A stretch of DNA of 28,850 bases from an uncultured Rhodothermales bacterium (GCA_964487555.1 CAZART010000026.1:16144-44993); one strand, 5' to 3'. Positions 9,489-20,000 are shown, numbered from the stretch's first letter. The notes: generated by a model from the sequence alone, not told the origin. Translations and numbers: made by a program.

Positions 9489-9665
9489 GCGGCAGCGCGC
9501 CATCGCTCGCTTCACGAGCGTCCCTAGTATCTGCCGCGACGATATCTGAAGAGACGACGAGCGTCTCGACGGTCTCGGGATCGTTGTCGGTGTCGCCCAG
9601 CGACGTTAGCAGACGGCCGAATTGATATTTCTCAGATGATTCGCATCAAAAGCCTTCCTTGAATG
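9489..9665 (-). pseudogene. Remnant of an FG-GAP repeat gene (fragment homologous to 19731..19900 of the large FG-GAP gene)
   Basis: 9531..9588 is identical, by my base-by-base comparison, to 19773..19830 (58 nt). I counted 4 mismatches over 9531..9621. The minus-strand translation QFGRLLTSLGDTDNDPETVETLVVSSDIVAADTRDAREASDGAL matches YFGRLLTALGDTDNDPETVETLVVSSDIVAAGTGNDREDSNGAL in the 17026..21183 product. There is an in-frame TGA 8 codons upstream of the QFGR and no start codon. The flanks are similar only at a degraded level with indels. Confidence 0.7.
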
Positions 9666-9736
9666 GATGGACGGTCGCGACGATGCTCAGCTGCGATCCA
9701 ATATAACGGATGGCATTTCACTCGTGCCGAACCGTC

Positions 9737-10102
9737 CTATTCGGCCGGGGCGGCGAGGAGTTCATGATATTCGGCAGCCTTTCCGTGATCGTTCACTGCT
9801 TCATAGAACGCTGCGAGGCGCCGGAGGGCGGCGCCGGTCGGACCCTTACCATCACGAGCCGTCACGTAACCCTCGACCAGAAGGGACTCCGCTTCGTCGT
9901 AGCGTCGCTGGTGCATCAGGCATTCCCCGAGGACGCTCTTGGAAATGCCGGTCCACCATGAATCCTCCCTGAGCGTGGCGACCTGTATTCGGAGGACGTC
10001 ACGCAATATCGCCTCGGCACGTACGTACTCCCCCATTTGGAGATACGTGGCGCCGATCCCGCTAAGGGGTAGGTGCAACTTTCGAGGACGACGCCTTGGC
10101 AT
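9737..10102 (-). pseudogene. Orphan TPR-type C-terminal tail (121-aa ORF), probably the 3' remnant of a larger TPR-containing, possibly kinase-TPR, gene
   Basis: The translation GIGATYLQMGEYVRAEAILRDVLRIQ...SVLGECLMHQRRYDEAESLLVEGY...ALRRLAAFYEAVNDHGKAAEYHELL reads like the last two TPR units plus the terminal helix found in long TPR sensor proteins. The first 13 residues (MPRRRPRKLHLPL) look non-native. Only about 110 nt of upstream space remains before a divergent gene. It could still be expressed as a small TPR protein. Confidence 0.4.
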
Positions 10103-10210
10103 CCGGAGCAGCGTAGCAGAATCGTGTATTCACCCGATTGAGCTGAGGGGGATTCCGGAGGTATCCTCCAGTCGACTCCTCAACTGTTCATTCGACCTGC
10201 GTGGAAACCA

Positions 10211-11017
10211 ATGAAATTGCGCCTCTTATGCCTGCTTCTTGCAGCCGCCGCACTGACCGGCTGCTCCGACGAGACCGGCCTTTCAACAGCCGTCACGCCC
10301 GACGAGTTCAGCCGGGGAACGGTAGCCCTCGGTAAGAAGGCCGGCAGCACGGGAAACCTCGATACCGATTCACGCGCCCGCATCGTCTTTTCTGAAGACG
10401 AGCCCATGAAAATCGTTAGCGACGGTCTGCTGGGCGCCGACGGCACGTCGGCTTACGTAGGAAATGAATGTGGGGTAGAAGCTAAGCTTTTCTATTACAA
10501 CGAAGACAAATCTAGGTCCGGCGACCTGGTCTTCGATGCGGACATGAATCGCTCAAAATGCGCGAGGGCGCTCGTGTTCAGGTTTCCCTCCGATGACGGC
10601 GGCGATTTCAAAGCCGCACCGTTCATCAACGTGAACAAATCCATGCAGATGGGCGCCACGGGGAATGACCTGCTGGTTGCTGTGAATATCCAGGATCCGG
10701 AATACTATGGGCCGCGCGATAATCCGGTCTCTAGGACGATGAAGTTTGCGATCGGGAAGTCCCTCTGTGAAACGCTGACCTACGATCACGTTCTGGTGAG
10801 CCGCACAGGAGGCCACTTCGACGACCCGGACGGGGACGGCTGGGGCCAATGGGACAAGGATGCGGGCGATCCCGGTTCCTGGACCGTCGAATCGGTGGCG
10901 AGTCCGGACGGTTTCCACGCCGCAACATGCACGTACACTAAAGAGCGTACGACGCAAGTCGGAGCGACGTATGACATGCCGTTCCGCTTTCAGGTCACGG
11001 AAAAGCCGGTCTGGTAA
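10211..11017 (+). CDS. Hypothetical lipoprotein
   Basis: MKLRLLCLLLAAAALTGCSDETG is a textbook lipoprotein signal with lipobox LTGC. The protein is acidic with coding-like composition. No family recognised. Confidence 0.75.
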   Translation: MKLRLLCLLLAAAALTGCSDETGLSTAVTPDEFSRGTVALGKKAGSTGNLDTDSRARIVFSEDEPMKIVSDGLLGADGTSAYVGNECGVEAKLFYYNEDKSRSGDLVFDADMNRSKCARALVFRFPSDDGGDFKAAPFINVNKSMQMGATGNDLLVAVNIQDPEYYGPRDNPVSRTMKFAIGKSLCETLTYDHVLVSRTGGHFDDPDGDGWGQWDKDAGDPGSWTVESVASPDGFHAATCTYTKERTTQVGATYDMPFRFQVTEKPVW

Positions 11018-11128
11018 CGTCTGCCCCATCAGCGTTGCCGTTCCGACGGTCTTTTCTCCGATAGTCCGATAGAAAGCGTGGCTCCCGACTGCCGCGCGCA
11101 CCCCCAACCTGCCATACCGGTATCCAAC

Positions 11129-12790
11129 ATGAATGTGCCGTCTCATCAGATCTCCCGCATTCTCGCCCAGGAGAGGATTTTTCGTTCTTCCGCATTCCGA
11201 ATCGCGCTCGTCATCCTTCTGAGCGTCACCATAGATTCCGCCGCTCAGTCTCCCTTGATAGCGTACTGGGCGCTCACGGCCGGGGGCACGTCACAAGATG
11301 CGGGTTGGCGCGGCGACACGGACGCCGATGGAAATACGTTTATATCGGGGTTTGTCTCTTCCGCAAACGCCTCGTTCGGATTGATCCATCCCTCGGGATC
11401 GGGCGACTTTTTTCTGGCCCGCTACACGCCGGACGGGACGGCGATGTGGGCGCTGCGGCTTGAGGCCCGTATCAGGGATCTGGCCGTCGATGCGCAGGGC
11501 AATGCCTATATCGTCGGAGGCTTTTTCATGGCGGACGGCCCCGTCATGCTCGGAACGGTCACGCTCCAGTCGCGGGGGAATCAGGACGGATTTTTGGCCA
11601 AGGTGGCCCCCGACGGCACGGTTCTCTGGGTCGATCATATCGGCGGGACCGGTGGAGATCGACTTCAAGGGGTGGCAGTGGACGGAGCGGGTGACATCTA
11701 TGTCGCCGGCGTGTCCAACGGAACGATCGAGGTCGGCGGCAACACGCTCACGCTGAGCTCAGACTTCGACCTGTTCCTGGCGAAATACGCCCAAAATGGT
11801 GCAGCCATTTGGGCAGCGAAAGTAGGCGGTCCGTTAAACGTCGAGAATCTCGTCGTCGGCGCCGATGCCGAAGGTCATGCCTATATCGCCGGCGGCTTTC
11901 CATCAGGAGGGGTAACGTTCGGCAACACCACGCTTACCAGTAAGGGCGGGTACGATGCGTACCTCCTGAAGTACTCCGACTCCGGATCGCTGCTATGGGC
12001 AACCTCGAAGGGCGGCGTGCTCGATGATTTTGCAGAGGCGATCGGTGTGAACCCGTCCGGAGAGGTCTACGTGACGCAGTACGCTTTCGGCCGCGGCTTT
12101 ATTCTATCGAAGTATGGGTCGTCGGGTACGTTGGAATGGGAGAAGCTGGGCGCCAGCACGAGTCAGGCGTTCGGTTGGGGCCTTGCGATCGACAGAACCG
12201 GAAATGTCCTCGTCACGGGCAAATTTGAGAAGAATCTGAACTTCGGAACGAACTTCTCTGCGGCGGGTGATGCGGACCTATACCTGGCCGCTTTCACGTC
12301 CGGAGGCGATCTCCTCTGGATCGAGAGCGGTGGATCTGGCGGTGCGACGGTGGAAGGCAGCGGGCTTGGCGTGGACCGGGAAGGCAACGTATACCTGAGC
12401 GGGTCGGTGCGGGGACGTGTCCCATTTATGGGAGTCTCGCTCGAGGGCGAGCCCAATGGAGATATTTTCGTCGCCCGGTTGTCTTCACCGCCGGGAAACG
12501 TAGCCGTCGGCGAGGAGACGCTTCCCGGCCGGTTCGTGCTCGCACAGAACTACCCGAATCCATTCAACCCCGAGACCATGATCCGCTTCACCCTTCCGGA
12601 GGCGCAGCACGCCGAACTGGTCGTATACAATATCCTGGGACTGGAGGTGGCCCGACTGTTCACCGGTCGGCTCCCAGCCGGCCATCACGAAGTGCGCTGG
12701 AACGCGGCCCAGGAACCAAACGGGATCTACCTCTACCGCCTGCAGGCCGGGTCTTTCAAGGAAGTCCGGCAGATGGCGCTGGCCAAGTGA
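11129..12790 (+). CDS. SBBP-type beta-propeller repeat protein with T9SS C-terminal sorting domain
   Basis: I prefer the ATG at 11129 (MNVPSHQISR...FRIALVILLSVTIDSAAQ, a signal peptide) over the GTG at 11078. Repeated units of the form D-GxG(I/V)AVD--GN-Y(I/V)-G-F-------G---L-S-G--D-FLAKY---G---W. Examples are DLAVDAQGNAYIVGGFF...GNQDGFLAKVAPDGTVLW and GVAVDGAGDIYVAGVSN...DLFLAKYAQNGAAIW. T9SS CTD at the C-terminus: FVLAQNYPNPFNPETMIRFTLPEAQHAELVVYNILGLEVARLF...GIYLYRLQAGSFKEVRQMALAK. Confidence 0.87.
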   Translation: MNVPSHQISRILAQERIFRSSAFRIALVILLSVTIDSAAQSPLIAYWALTAGGTSQDAGWRGDTDADGNTFISGFVSSANASFGLIHPSGSGDFFLARYTPDGTAMWALRLEARIRDLAVDAQGNAYIVGGFFMADGPVMLGTVTLQSRGNQDGFLAKVAPDGTVLWVDHIGGTGGDRLQGVAVDGAGDIYVAGVSNGTIEVGGNTLTLSSDFDLFLAKYAQNGAAIWAAKVGGPLNVENLVVGADAEGHAYIAGGFPSGGVTFGNTTLTSKGGYDAYLLKYSDSGSLLWATSKGGVLDDFAEAIGVNPSGEVYVTQYAFGRGFILSKYGSSGTLEWEKLGASTSQAFGWGLAIDRTGNVLVTGKFEKNLNFGTNFSAAGDADLYLAAFTSGGDLLWIESGGSGGATVEGSGLGVDREGNVYLSGSVRGRVPFMGVSLEGEPNGDIFVARLSSPPGNVAVGEETLPGRFVLAQNYPNPFNPETMIRFTLPEAQHAELVVYNILGLEVARLFTGRLPAGHHEVRWNAAQEPNGIYLYRLQAGSFKEVRQMALAK

Positions 12791-12897
12791 GGAACCCCAT
12801 GGTTTTCGTCGTGTTTTGCATGCTTCATTCGACCTTCCCTCCATCCGTTAGGCGGCGAACGCCTCCTCCGTAGACGGCTACGGCGACCTGATATGGT

Positions 12898-15800
12898 ATG
12901 CGGACACTCGCCACCCTCATTCCGTTTGCCCTCGGCATTACCGTAGCCGCGGCCCAGGGCCTGACGATCGATTCGCAGCCGTACATCGCCGAGCATTTCA
13001 CGATGGATGACGGCCTTCCGACGCAGCGTACGCATGGAATCGTGCAGGACCGGTTCGGATTTCTCTGGATCGCGACCAACAACGGGTTGGTCCGCTATGA
13101 TGGCCGATCGTTCGAGACGTTCAATCCGGAGCCGGACGATCCCCATAGCCTGGGCGGACGGTGGGTCTATCATGTAGATGAAGATAGCACAGGCAATCTC
13201 TGGGTCGCGACCGCAGGAAGTCTCAATCTGGTAGACCGCGCCGCCGGCCACTTCGTTCGCTACCCCCACCATCCGGAGAGCCCCGACAGCGCGTACGGTA
13301 TCGGCGGTGACCTTATCCGCTGGACGGGACCGGCCTATGGCGGAGAACGCTGGATCGCCTATTTGGGTGGTCTCGATCGGCTGAATCCGGCAACGGGGAT
13401 CGTCGCCCGTTATCGCCAGGATCCGGACGATCCGCAGGGCTTTCCATTCATCATCATGCGGACGGCGCTCTTCGTCGACCGTGCCGGCACACTGTGGATC
13501 GGGGGCGCGCGGGCCGTGTATCGGTACCGCCGCGCAAGCGATACGTTCGAACGCTATCCGCTTCCGGTAGATGACGAGCTCGACCTTGCCTGCGACGTGA
13601 CGCGACTCTACGAGGCGCCGTCCGAGCCTGGCATTCTATGGATCGGGACCGATGCGGACGAGCCGCCGTGCCGTGGAGGTGGGCTGGTCCGGCTCGATAC
13701 CGACTCCGGCACCTTCGCTCACTATGCCCACAGCCCTGAAGATCAGCGATCGCTTCCTGATCCTTTCGTCACCTCATTTCTGGAAGATGGGCGTGGCGAT
13801 CTCTGGATAGGAACGAAGGGCGGCCTGGCGAGGCTCGAGCGCGAGACCGGCGCCTTCACTCGGTTCCGTCCGGATCCCGACCAGCCAAGCGGCGCCAGGA
13901 ACAAGATCCGCTCCATCATTGAGGATGCGGACGGATCCCTAATCGTCGGTGTAGAGCACACGTCCGATGCTCCGGACGAACTCGCAGGCATCGTGCTGTT
14001 TACGCCCGGCACGGGGGCGTTTACACCGCTCTCCTTCCCACTCCGGACGCAAAGCTCGGGAGAAGGCCCCTCTATTGCATACTTCCATAAGGATCGAACG
14101 GGGGTGATTTGGGTGGGAACCACGAACGACGGATTGCTGAAACTGAACCGCAGTTACTTTCGGTACTATCGGCCTTCCGGATGGAAGACTGACGGTCGCG
14201 GAGACGACCGGGTTGCGGACGTCATCGTCGATCGTGAAGGGATGCTGTGGCTGGCGATGTCCGGGAGTGGACTCGTGCATTTCGATCCGAGTCGAGAAAC
14301 GTCCGTTCGCTACAGACACGACCCACACGATACGCGCAGTCTCGCCAGTGACAACCTCCGTACGGTCTTTCAGGATGAGGCAGGTACCATTTGGGTGGGT
14401 ACGGAGGGTTCCATCCTGGACCGGCTCGAACCGGAGCGGAACGCGTTCACCCACTACCGTGTGGATGCCGTCAATCCGCCCCTCTATGGCGGCGCAAACA
14501 TCAAGGCCATCTATGAAGATGCGAGAGGTGCCCTGTGGGTCGGCACGCTCGGCGCAGGTCTTTACCGACTGGATCGTGACAGCGGTATCTTCACCCGCTT
14601 CCACGTCGACCCGGCCCAGGAGCCCGGCGGCCTCAACTGGATTCAGGAACTGTGGGAGGATCGCGACGGCGCTCTCTGGGCCGGTACATTGGGGGGCCTC
14701 GGCCGGTTCGACCGCGACGCAGGCCGCTTTACGCCCTACGCGGACGAAACGCACTTCACCTATATCAACGCGATCTACGAGGATTGGAAAGGGCGCCTCT
14801 GGCTAGGCACCTCCCACGGAGGACTCTACCTTTTTGATCGGGAGCAGAATTCGTACCATCCGTACTTCACTGAAAGGGATGGACTGCCGATCGACCACGT
14901 CTGTGCGATCCTGGAGGACGACGCAGGTTGGCTCTGGATTAGCACCCTCCGAGGCCTCGCGCGCTTTAACCCGGATATGCGGACCTCTCGGACCTACGAT
15001 CTCTCGGACGGGTTGCAGAGTAACGTCTTTTGGCGCGGTTCTGCCGCGAAAGGACCGGACGGCCGCCTGTACTTCGGCGGCGAGCGGGGTCTATATGTGG
15101 TCGACCCGACGCACCTCGCCGACGAGTCCCACGCGCCGCCGGTCGTTCTCACGACGATGCTCATCGGCGGCGAACGCCGGCTTGGCGGCGTGTTGCAGCG
15201 GCCTCTTTCGGGAGACGTTCGCCTTCGGCACGACGATAACGACCTCTCATTCGAGTTCGTCGCCCTGCATTTCGCGAATTCCAACAAGAACAAATACGCC
15301 TATCGGCTTGAGCCTTACGATGACGACTGGCACGATGCCGATGGATCACCTACCGCTCGCTACACGAATCTGGACGCCGGCAACTACGTATTCCGCGTGA
15401 AGGCGGCCAACGCAGACGGCGTCTGGAACGAGGAAGGCGCCGTTATCCGCCTCGTGATTCTTCCGCCATGGTGGCGTACGTGGTGGTTCCGCGCGTTCAT
15501 GGGCGCGATTCTCGTAGGCATCGTGGCCCACGGACATCGCGTCCGTCTGCGTCATCAGCTTGCCATCGAGCATACGCGAACCCGGATCGCCGACGACCTT
15601 CACGACGACGTCGGAAGCCGGATGAGCTCGATCGCTCTCATGCTCGAGCACGGAACGCAGCGCCAGCGATTGGGCGACGACGAGCGCGCTTATTTGCAGC
15701 TCGCTGCGAAGGAGATTCGCCAGGTCGTCAGCGATCTTCGTGATACCGTATGGGTCATCGATTCGAGCCACGATGGGCTCGCCGATCTCGTCGTGCGAAT

Positions 15801-16164
15801 GGAGCAGGTGGCAGGTCAGCTGCTCCGCAGCATCTCGCATCGAATCGCCGTTCCTCGGCACCTACCTGCGATCACGCTGTCGATGGAAAGGCGCCGGAAC
15901 GTACTGATGACCTTCAAAGAAGCGCTGCATAATGCAGCGCGGCATGCGGACGCCGAGTCCATCGGAATCGACATCCGCGTAGACGATTCCACGTTTTCGT
16001 TCCAGGTCCGAGATGACGGCCGCGGATTTGAGGAAGGCAGCGTCCGACCGGGCTACGGCATGAAGACCATGCGCCGGCGAACCGACGAGATCGGCGGACG
16101 CCTGTACGTCGAAAGCGCGCCAGGCCTGGGAACGCGGATCTCTCTGGAGGTCGATCTCACCTGA
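12898..16164 (+). CDS. Sensor histidine kinase with large periplasmic two-component-regulator propeller (Reg_prop) array, Y_Y_Y domain, TM helix, HisKA_3 and HATPase_c
   Basis: Signal peptide MRTLATLIPFALGITVAAAQG. Many Reg_prop-like units (F-W(I/V)(A/G)T--GL-R-D-----F--Y). Y_Y_Y-like region KYAYRLEPYDDDWHDADGSPTARYTNLDAGNYVFRVKAANADGVWNE. TM helix WWRTWWFRAFMGAILVGIVAHG. HisKA_3 H-box RIADDLHDDVGSRMSSI. ATPase boxes EALHNAARHA, VRDDGRGF, GYGMKTMRRR and APGLGTRISLEV. Confidence 0.92.
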   Translation: MRTLATLIPFALGITVAAAQGLTIDSQPYIAEHFTMDDGLPTQRTHGIVQDRFGFLWIATNNGLVRYDGRSFETFNPEPDDPHSLGGRWVYHVDEDSTGNLWVATAGSLNLVDRAAGHFVRYPHHPESPDSAYGIGGDLIRWTGPAYGGERWIAYLGGLDRLNPATGIVARYRQDPDDPQGFPFIIMRTALFVDRAGTLWIGGARAVYRYRRASDTFERYPLPVDDELDLACDVTRLYEAPSEPGILWIGTDADEPPCRGGGLVRLDTDSGTFAHYAHSPEDQRSLPDPFVTSFLEDGRGDLWIGTKGGLARLERETGAFTRFRPDPDQPSGARNKIRSIIEDADGSLIVGVEHTSDAPDELAGIVLFTPGTGAFTPLSFPLRTQSSGEGPSIAYFHKDRTGVIWVGTTNDGLLKLNRSYFRYYRPSGWKTDGRGDDRVADVIVDREGMLWLAMSGSGLVHFDPSRETSVRYRHDPHDTRSLASDNLRTVFQDEAGTIWVGTEGSILDRLEPERNAFTHYRVDAVNPPLYGGANIKAIYEDARGALWVGTLGAGLYRLDRDSGIFTRFHVDPAQEPGGLNWIQELWEDRDGALWAGTLGGLGRFDRDAGRFTPYADETHFTYINAIYEDWKGRLWLGTSHGGLYLFDREQNSYHPYFTERDGLPIDHVCAILEDDAGWLWISTLRGLARFNPDMRTSRTYDLSDGLQSNVFWRGSAAKGPDGRLYFGGERGLYVVDPTHLADESHAPPVVLTTMLIGGERRLGGVLQRPLSGDVRLRHDDNDLSFEFVALHFANSNKNKYAYRLEPYDDDWHDADGSPTARYTNLDAGNYVFRVKAANADGVWNEEGAVIRLVILPPWWRTWWFRAFMGAILVGIVAHGHRVRLRHQLAIEHTRTRIADDLHDDVGSRMSSIALMLEHGTQRQRLGDDERAYLQLAAKEIRQVVSDLRDTVWVIDSSHDGLADLVVRMEQVAGQLLRSISHRIAVPRHLPAITLSMERRRNVLMTFKEALHNAARHADAESIGIDIRVDDSTFSFQVRDDGRGFEEGSVRPGYGMKTMRRRTDEIGGRLYVESAPGLGTRISLEVDLT

Positions 16165-16171
16165 TATCAGA

Positions 16172-16858
16172 ATGCGATCCAACAACGCCATGGCCCCCCA
16201 TTCGAATTCGTTGGTCGACGCTCCGCTTCGCATATGGCTCGTCGACGATGACAGCCGGTTTAGCGAGATGTTATCGTTGATCTTGAACGACGTCCCCGAC
16301 ATCATCTGCGATGCCGCTTTTGAGGATTGCGAATCGGCCCTCCGGCGGCTGAGCCAGAACGCCGATGGCGGACTGCCGGGCCTCGTGCTCATGGACGTCA
16401 ACCTTCCTGGAATGAATGGTCTCTCGTGCACGGCGCAGATACACGCACGTTTGCCGGAGGTCCCTATTCTCATGCTGACGATCCGTGACGACGCCGACAC
16501 CATCTATGCGGCTCTACGCGCGGGCGCCTCCGGATACCTCGTGAAAGAGTCGCCGATCGATCAGATCGTGGCAGCCATCCGAGAAGCGCGGAGTGGAGGT
16601 ATGCTGATGCCGGGACCTGTCGCCCGCAAGATGCTATCGTTCTTCGCGCAGGCCTCGTCTTCCGACTACGGCCTCTCTATTCGGGAAATGCAGGTTCTGG
16701 AGAAGATGGTAGAGGGGCTGTCGCAGAAGGAGATCGCTTCGGCACTCTTCGTGAGTCTCTCGACGGTAAACACGCACATCCAGAATATCTACGCGAAACT
16801 CCACGTGCACTCCAGTTCGGCCGCGGTTGCCAAGGCGCTTAAGGAGCGAATCATCTGA
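16172..16858 (+). CDS. NarL/LuxR-family response regulator (REC + LuxR-type HTH)
   Basis: Starts 8 nt after the kinase stop. REC motifs are IWLVDDD, LVLMDVNLPGMNG (phospho-acceptor Asp region), ILMLT and GASGYLVK. LuxR HTH: LSIREMQVLEKMVEGLSQKEIASALFVSLSTVNTHIQNIYAKLHV. Confidence 0.92.
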   Translation: MRSNNAMAPHSNSLVDAPLRIWLVDDDSRFSEMLSLILNDVPDIICDAAFEDCESALRRLSQNADGGLPGLVLMDVNLPGMNGLSCTAQIHARLPEVPILMLTIRDDADTIYAALRAGASGYLVKESPIDQIVAAIREARSGGMLMPGPVARKMLSFFAQASSSDYGLSIREMQVLEKMVEGLSQKEIASALFVSLSTVNTHIQNIYAKLHVHSSSAAVAKALKERII

Positions 16859-17025
16859 GAGAGAAAAGCTATCTTCCTTCGAAGCGTTAGGTGGACCGCC
16901 TGATTAAGTGCTCCCCGCCTCTCGAGACACGGATCCGTCGTCGTTTAGGTCATGTTGCACCTCCGCCTATTGCATCCGGGCATCGTCGGCAAGGCCGGCC
17001 GAGCGCCCGTCGGCAAGGCTCTCAC

Positions 17026-20000
17026 CTATCTCACCCGCACGATCGAGAGCGTCCGGATGGTGCCACCCGAGCGCATTCGCACCAGATACGTTCCACTCCC
17101 GACCGGCACACCCGCTTCGCTCCGGCCGTTCCACACGGCCGCATGGTAACCCGCCGATGCATTCCCTTCGACCAGCCGTGCCACACGCCTGCCCAGCAGG
17201 TCGTAGACCTCCAGGAGCACGGCCGACGCTTCCGGCACTCCGTACCGGAGCGTCGTTGCATGCTCAAAGGGGTTCGGGAAGTTCTGAAACAACTCGAAAC
17301 TCGACGGTATCTCCGGTCCCGCGTCCCGACCCGGAGTAACCAACAGCGTCAGACGACGCTCCTGCCCGTCCCCGCCGGAGGCGACCGCATAGTGCGGCTG
17401 CGCCCGCAGATCCTGCCGCACGCCCGCCACCTCGTCGACAAGCCACACGCCATACAACGACGGCACGGTCTTGACGCCGTCGAATTGCAGGTCTACCCGG
17501 CCGGAGCGACGGGTTTGAACGGCAACGGTCCAACGCTCTTCGTCCTCAGGCACCGGGCGTACGTCGGCGCTGTACCGCACGGCGTTCGTCTTCCACTCGG
17601 CGTGCGGGAACGACACCCGAACGAACTCCCCGATGCCCGGGGGCTCCGGGCGATCCAGTTCATCCAGGCCTACAGAGGCGTTGGAGGAAACCGCAGCGAA
17701 CGTATGCGCATCGCCGGCCTCACCCTGACTGGCCAGAATCCGGATGAACCATTCAAAGACGCCCTCTCGCCCGGCGCCTTGCACCGATTCACCTCGGCCT
17801 GCGGCCGAGACGTCCGGGTTGATCAGCAGCTCGTCGCTTCCGGGAGAAAAGACGGCATAGCCGGCGAAGGGCATGAGCGCGTCGTGAAGAGAACTCCAAC
17901 TCCCCTCGAACTTCAATAATTCAATGGCCCGGCCGGATGTCGCGCGGACGTTCGCCACGGGAACCGGGAAACTGAAGGGACTGCTCACGAGGTTCCATCC
18001 GTCGTGCAACGGGATTCGGAACGGCTCATCGGTGCGAAGCGACAGGCCTGCACCCGTCGTCAGTTCTTTTCCGGCCTCTTTCACGAGCAGCCAGTAGGCG
18101 TCGCCGGGTCTCAATTCCTGATAGACGCCCACTAATTCGGTGATCTGATCATCATCGAAGAAGCGCCATTTTGTTCTGTCGTACGGGCCGAGATCGTCTT
18201 CCAATACAGCACGCACGTTCTTCTCGTCGAGGTCGAGCGGAACGGAAATCAATCGGTAGGCCGCGGCTTCAGTGCCGGCATGCAACGGGTGGCGCAATCC
18301 GTCCGGCACGTAGAACGGCACAGAGATCGTACCCACCTCGGGCAGACTAGTCGAATGAAATGAGTTTGCAGCCGAGATGTAATACTCAACGCCGCGTTCA
18401 TGGCCCCAAATCGTCTCACTGAATTTGCCGGGAGGCCGCTCGACCAGCGGCTTGCTGCTGAAGGTCGTATCACCGCCGCGACGGTAGAAAAGGGATGCCT
18501 GGAGTCCGTCGCCGCTGCGATCATGGATGCTGGCCGTGACGACTACGTCCTGGTCCGGCGTGGGCACTGCAGGATCCACTCCGGATTCCTCAATGGTCAC
18601 ACCGAGGAGCTCTCGAAGCGACGTCAGCCAGATCGCGCCGCGGTCGATGCCTCCCGCTCGGGTCAAGGGAGCCCCGATGGCGACGTCGATGACGCCGTCC
18701 TCCACGTCGCCGAGTCCGGCAAGCGCTCGGCCGAAGCCTGTGGGGGTCGGGGCGTCGAAGCTGGTGAGGTGTTGTGTGTCCTTGACGCTGTCCTCCGCAG
18801 TTAGAAAGAGGAGAGTCATACCCTCTTGGCCACCTTTGCTCGCACCGACGATCAGTTCCCAGTTGCCATCTCCGTCGATGTCACCCAGCCCGGCCAGAGC
18901 TCCGGTGAGATCATCCACGTTGATGTCGTCCGGACGTATGGCGGTCGAGCGTGCCGTCGAGCCGTCTGCTTCGATCTGAAGGATGTGCAACCCGGCATCG
19001 CCGTCGGCGCCCACGGCGAGGCCGCGCCCGCCGGCCCGCGGGCCCAGATCTGCAAGCGCGCGGCCGAATTGAGGCGTTTCGGGATCCGAAAGGACCCTGT
19101 CCGCGGTGACGGTTCCATTCTCGTTCAGGTTCAGCAGCCATACGGCCCCGCGGTCTGGTCCCTGTTCGTCGTCGAACGGCGCACCCACGGCCAGATTGGG
19201 GCGGCCGTCGCCGGACAGGTCTCCGAGCGAGGCGACGGCAGCCCCAAATTCGTCGCCTTCGCTGACACTGATGCCTAACGTGGACGCATCAATCTTCTCG
19301 TGACTGCGCACGACACCGTCGTCGTCTAGGTGCAATATCCACACGGCACCCCGGCCGTCGTCACCCGGTGCGCCGACGGCCAGCGTCACGCCGTCGGCAC
19401 CACGCTCACCGACCTGAGCCAGCGCCGCACCGAAGCGGTCATTGTCGTTGAGCGTGCCGCCGAAAGCGCTCGAGGAGGCGCTGATTCGCTGATGGCGACG
19501 TATCGTGCCGTCGGGTTTGAGAAACAGGATCCATACGGCGCCTCGGACCGATCCGCCGCCGTCGTCGTCGGGAGCTCCAACGGCGAGGTCTTCGACGCCG
19601 TCCCCATCGAGATCGCCGAGGGACGCGAGCGCAGCGCCGAAATGGTCGAAATCGTCCGGTTGGAAAAGAAAATCTGCGGAGCGGACTTGATGGGTGCGTT
19701 TGACGGTGCCGTCTTCCCTGAGAAAAAGAAACCACAAGGCGCCGTTGCTGTCTTCACGATCGTTCCCAGTACCTGCCGCGACGATATCTGAAGAGACGAC
19801 GAGCGTCTCGACGGTCTCGGGATCGTTGTCCGTGTCGCCCAGCGCCGTGAGCAGGCGGCCGAAATAATCGTTTGCCAGGAGAGTTCCGTCAAAACCGCCT
19901 TCGTTCGACGCAATCTTGTGTTCGCGCTTGACGGTGCCGTTCAGGTTCATGAACAGGATCCACACTTCACCATGGAACCTCTCGCGCATCGCGGCCGGAC

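Noticed and set aside
9408-9515. N-terminal extension of the oxidoreductase ORF (MKRAMARCRLAHIAGFPYLFPQIAPSRQIDRANLPE...) implied by the longest-ORF call 8067..9515.
   Set aside because: The Tat signal begins right after the internal ATG at 9407. The extension is partly derived from the decayed FG-GAP fragment read in a shifted frame.
16984-17019. 12-nt direct repeat cgtcggcaaggc (16984..16995 and 17008..17019) around a GGCCGGCC palindrome. It lies in the convergent gap between the response regulator gene and the FG-GAP gene, and I considered it as a bidirectional terminator.
   Set aside because: There is no convincing GC stem followed by a T-run on either strand. Short repeats of this size are not unexpected in GC-rich DNA.
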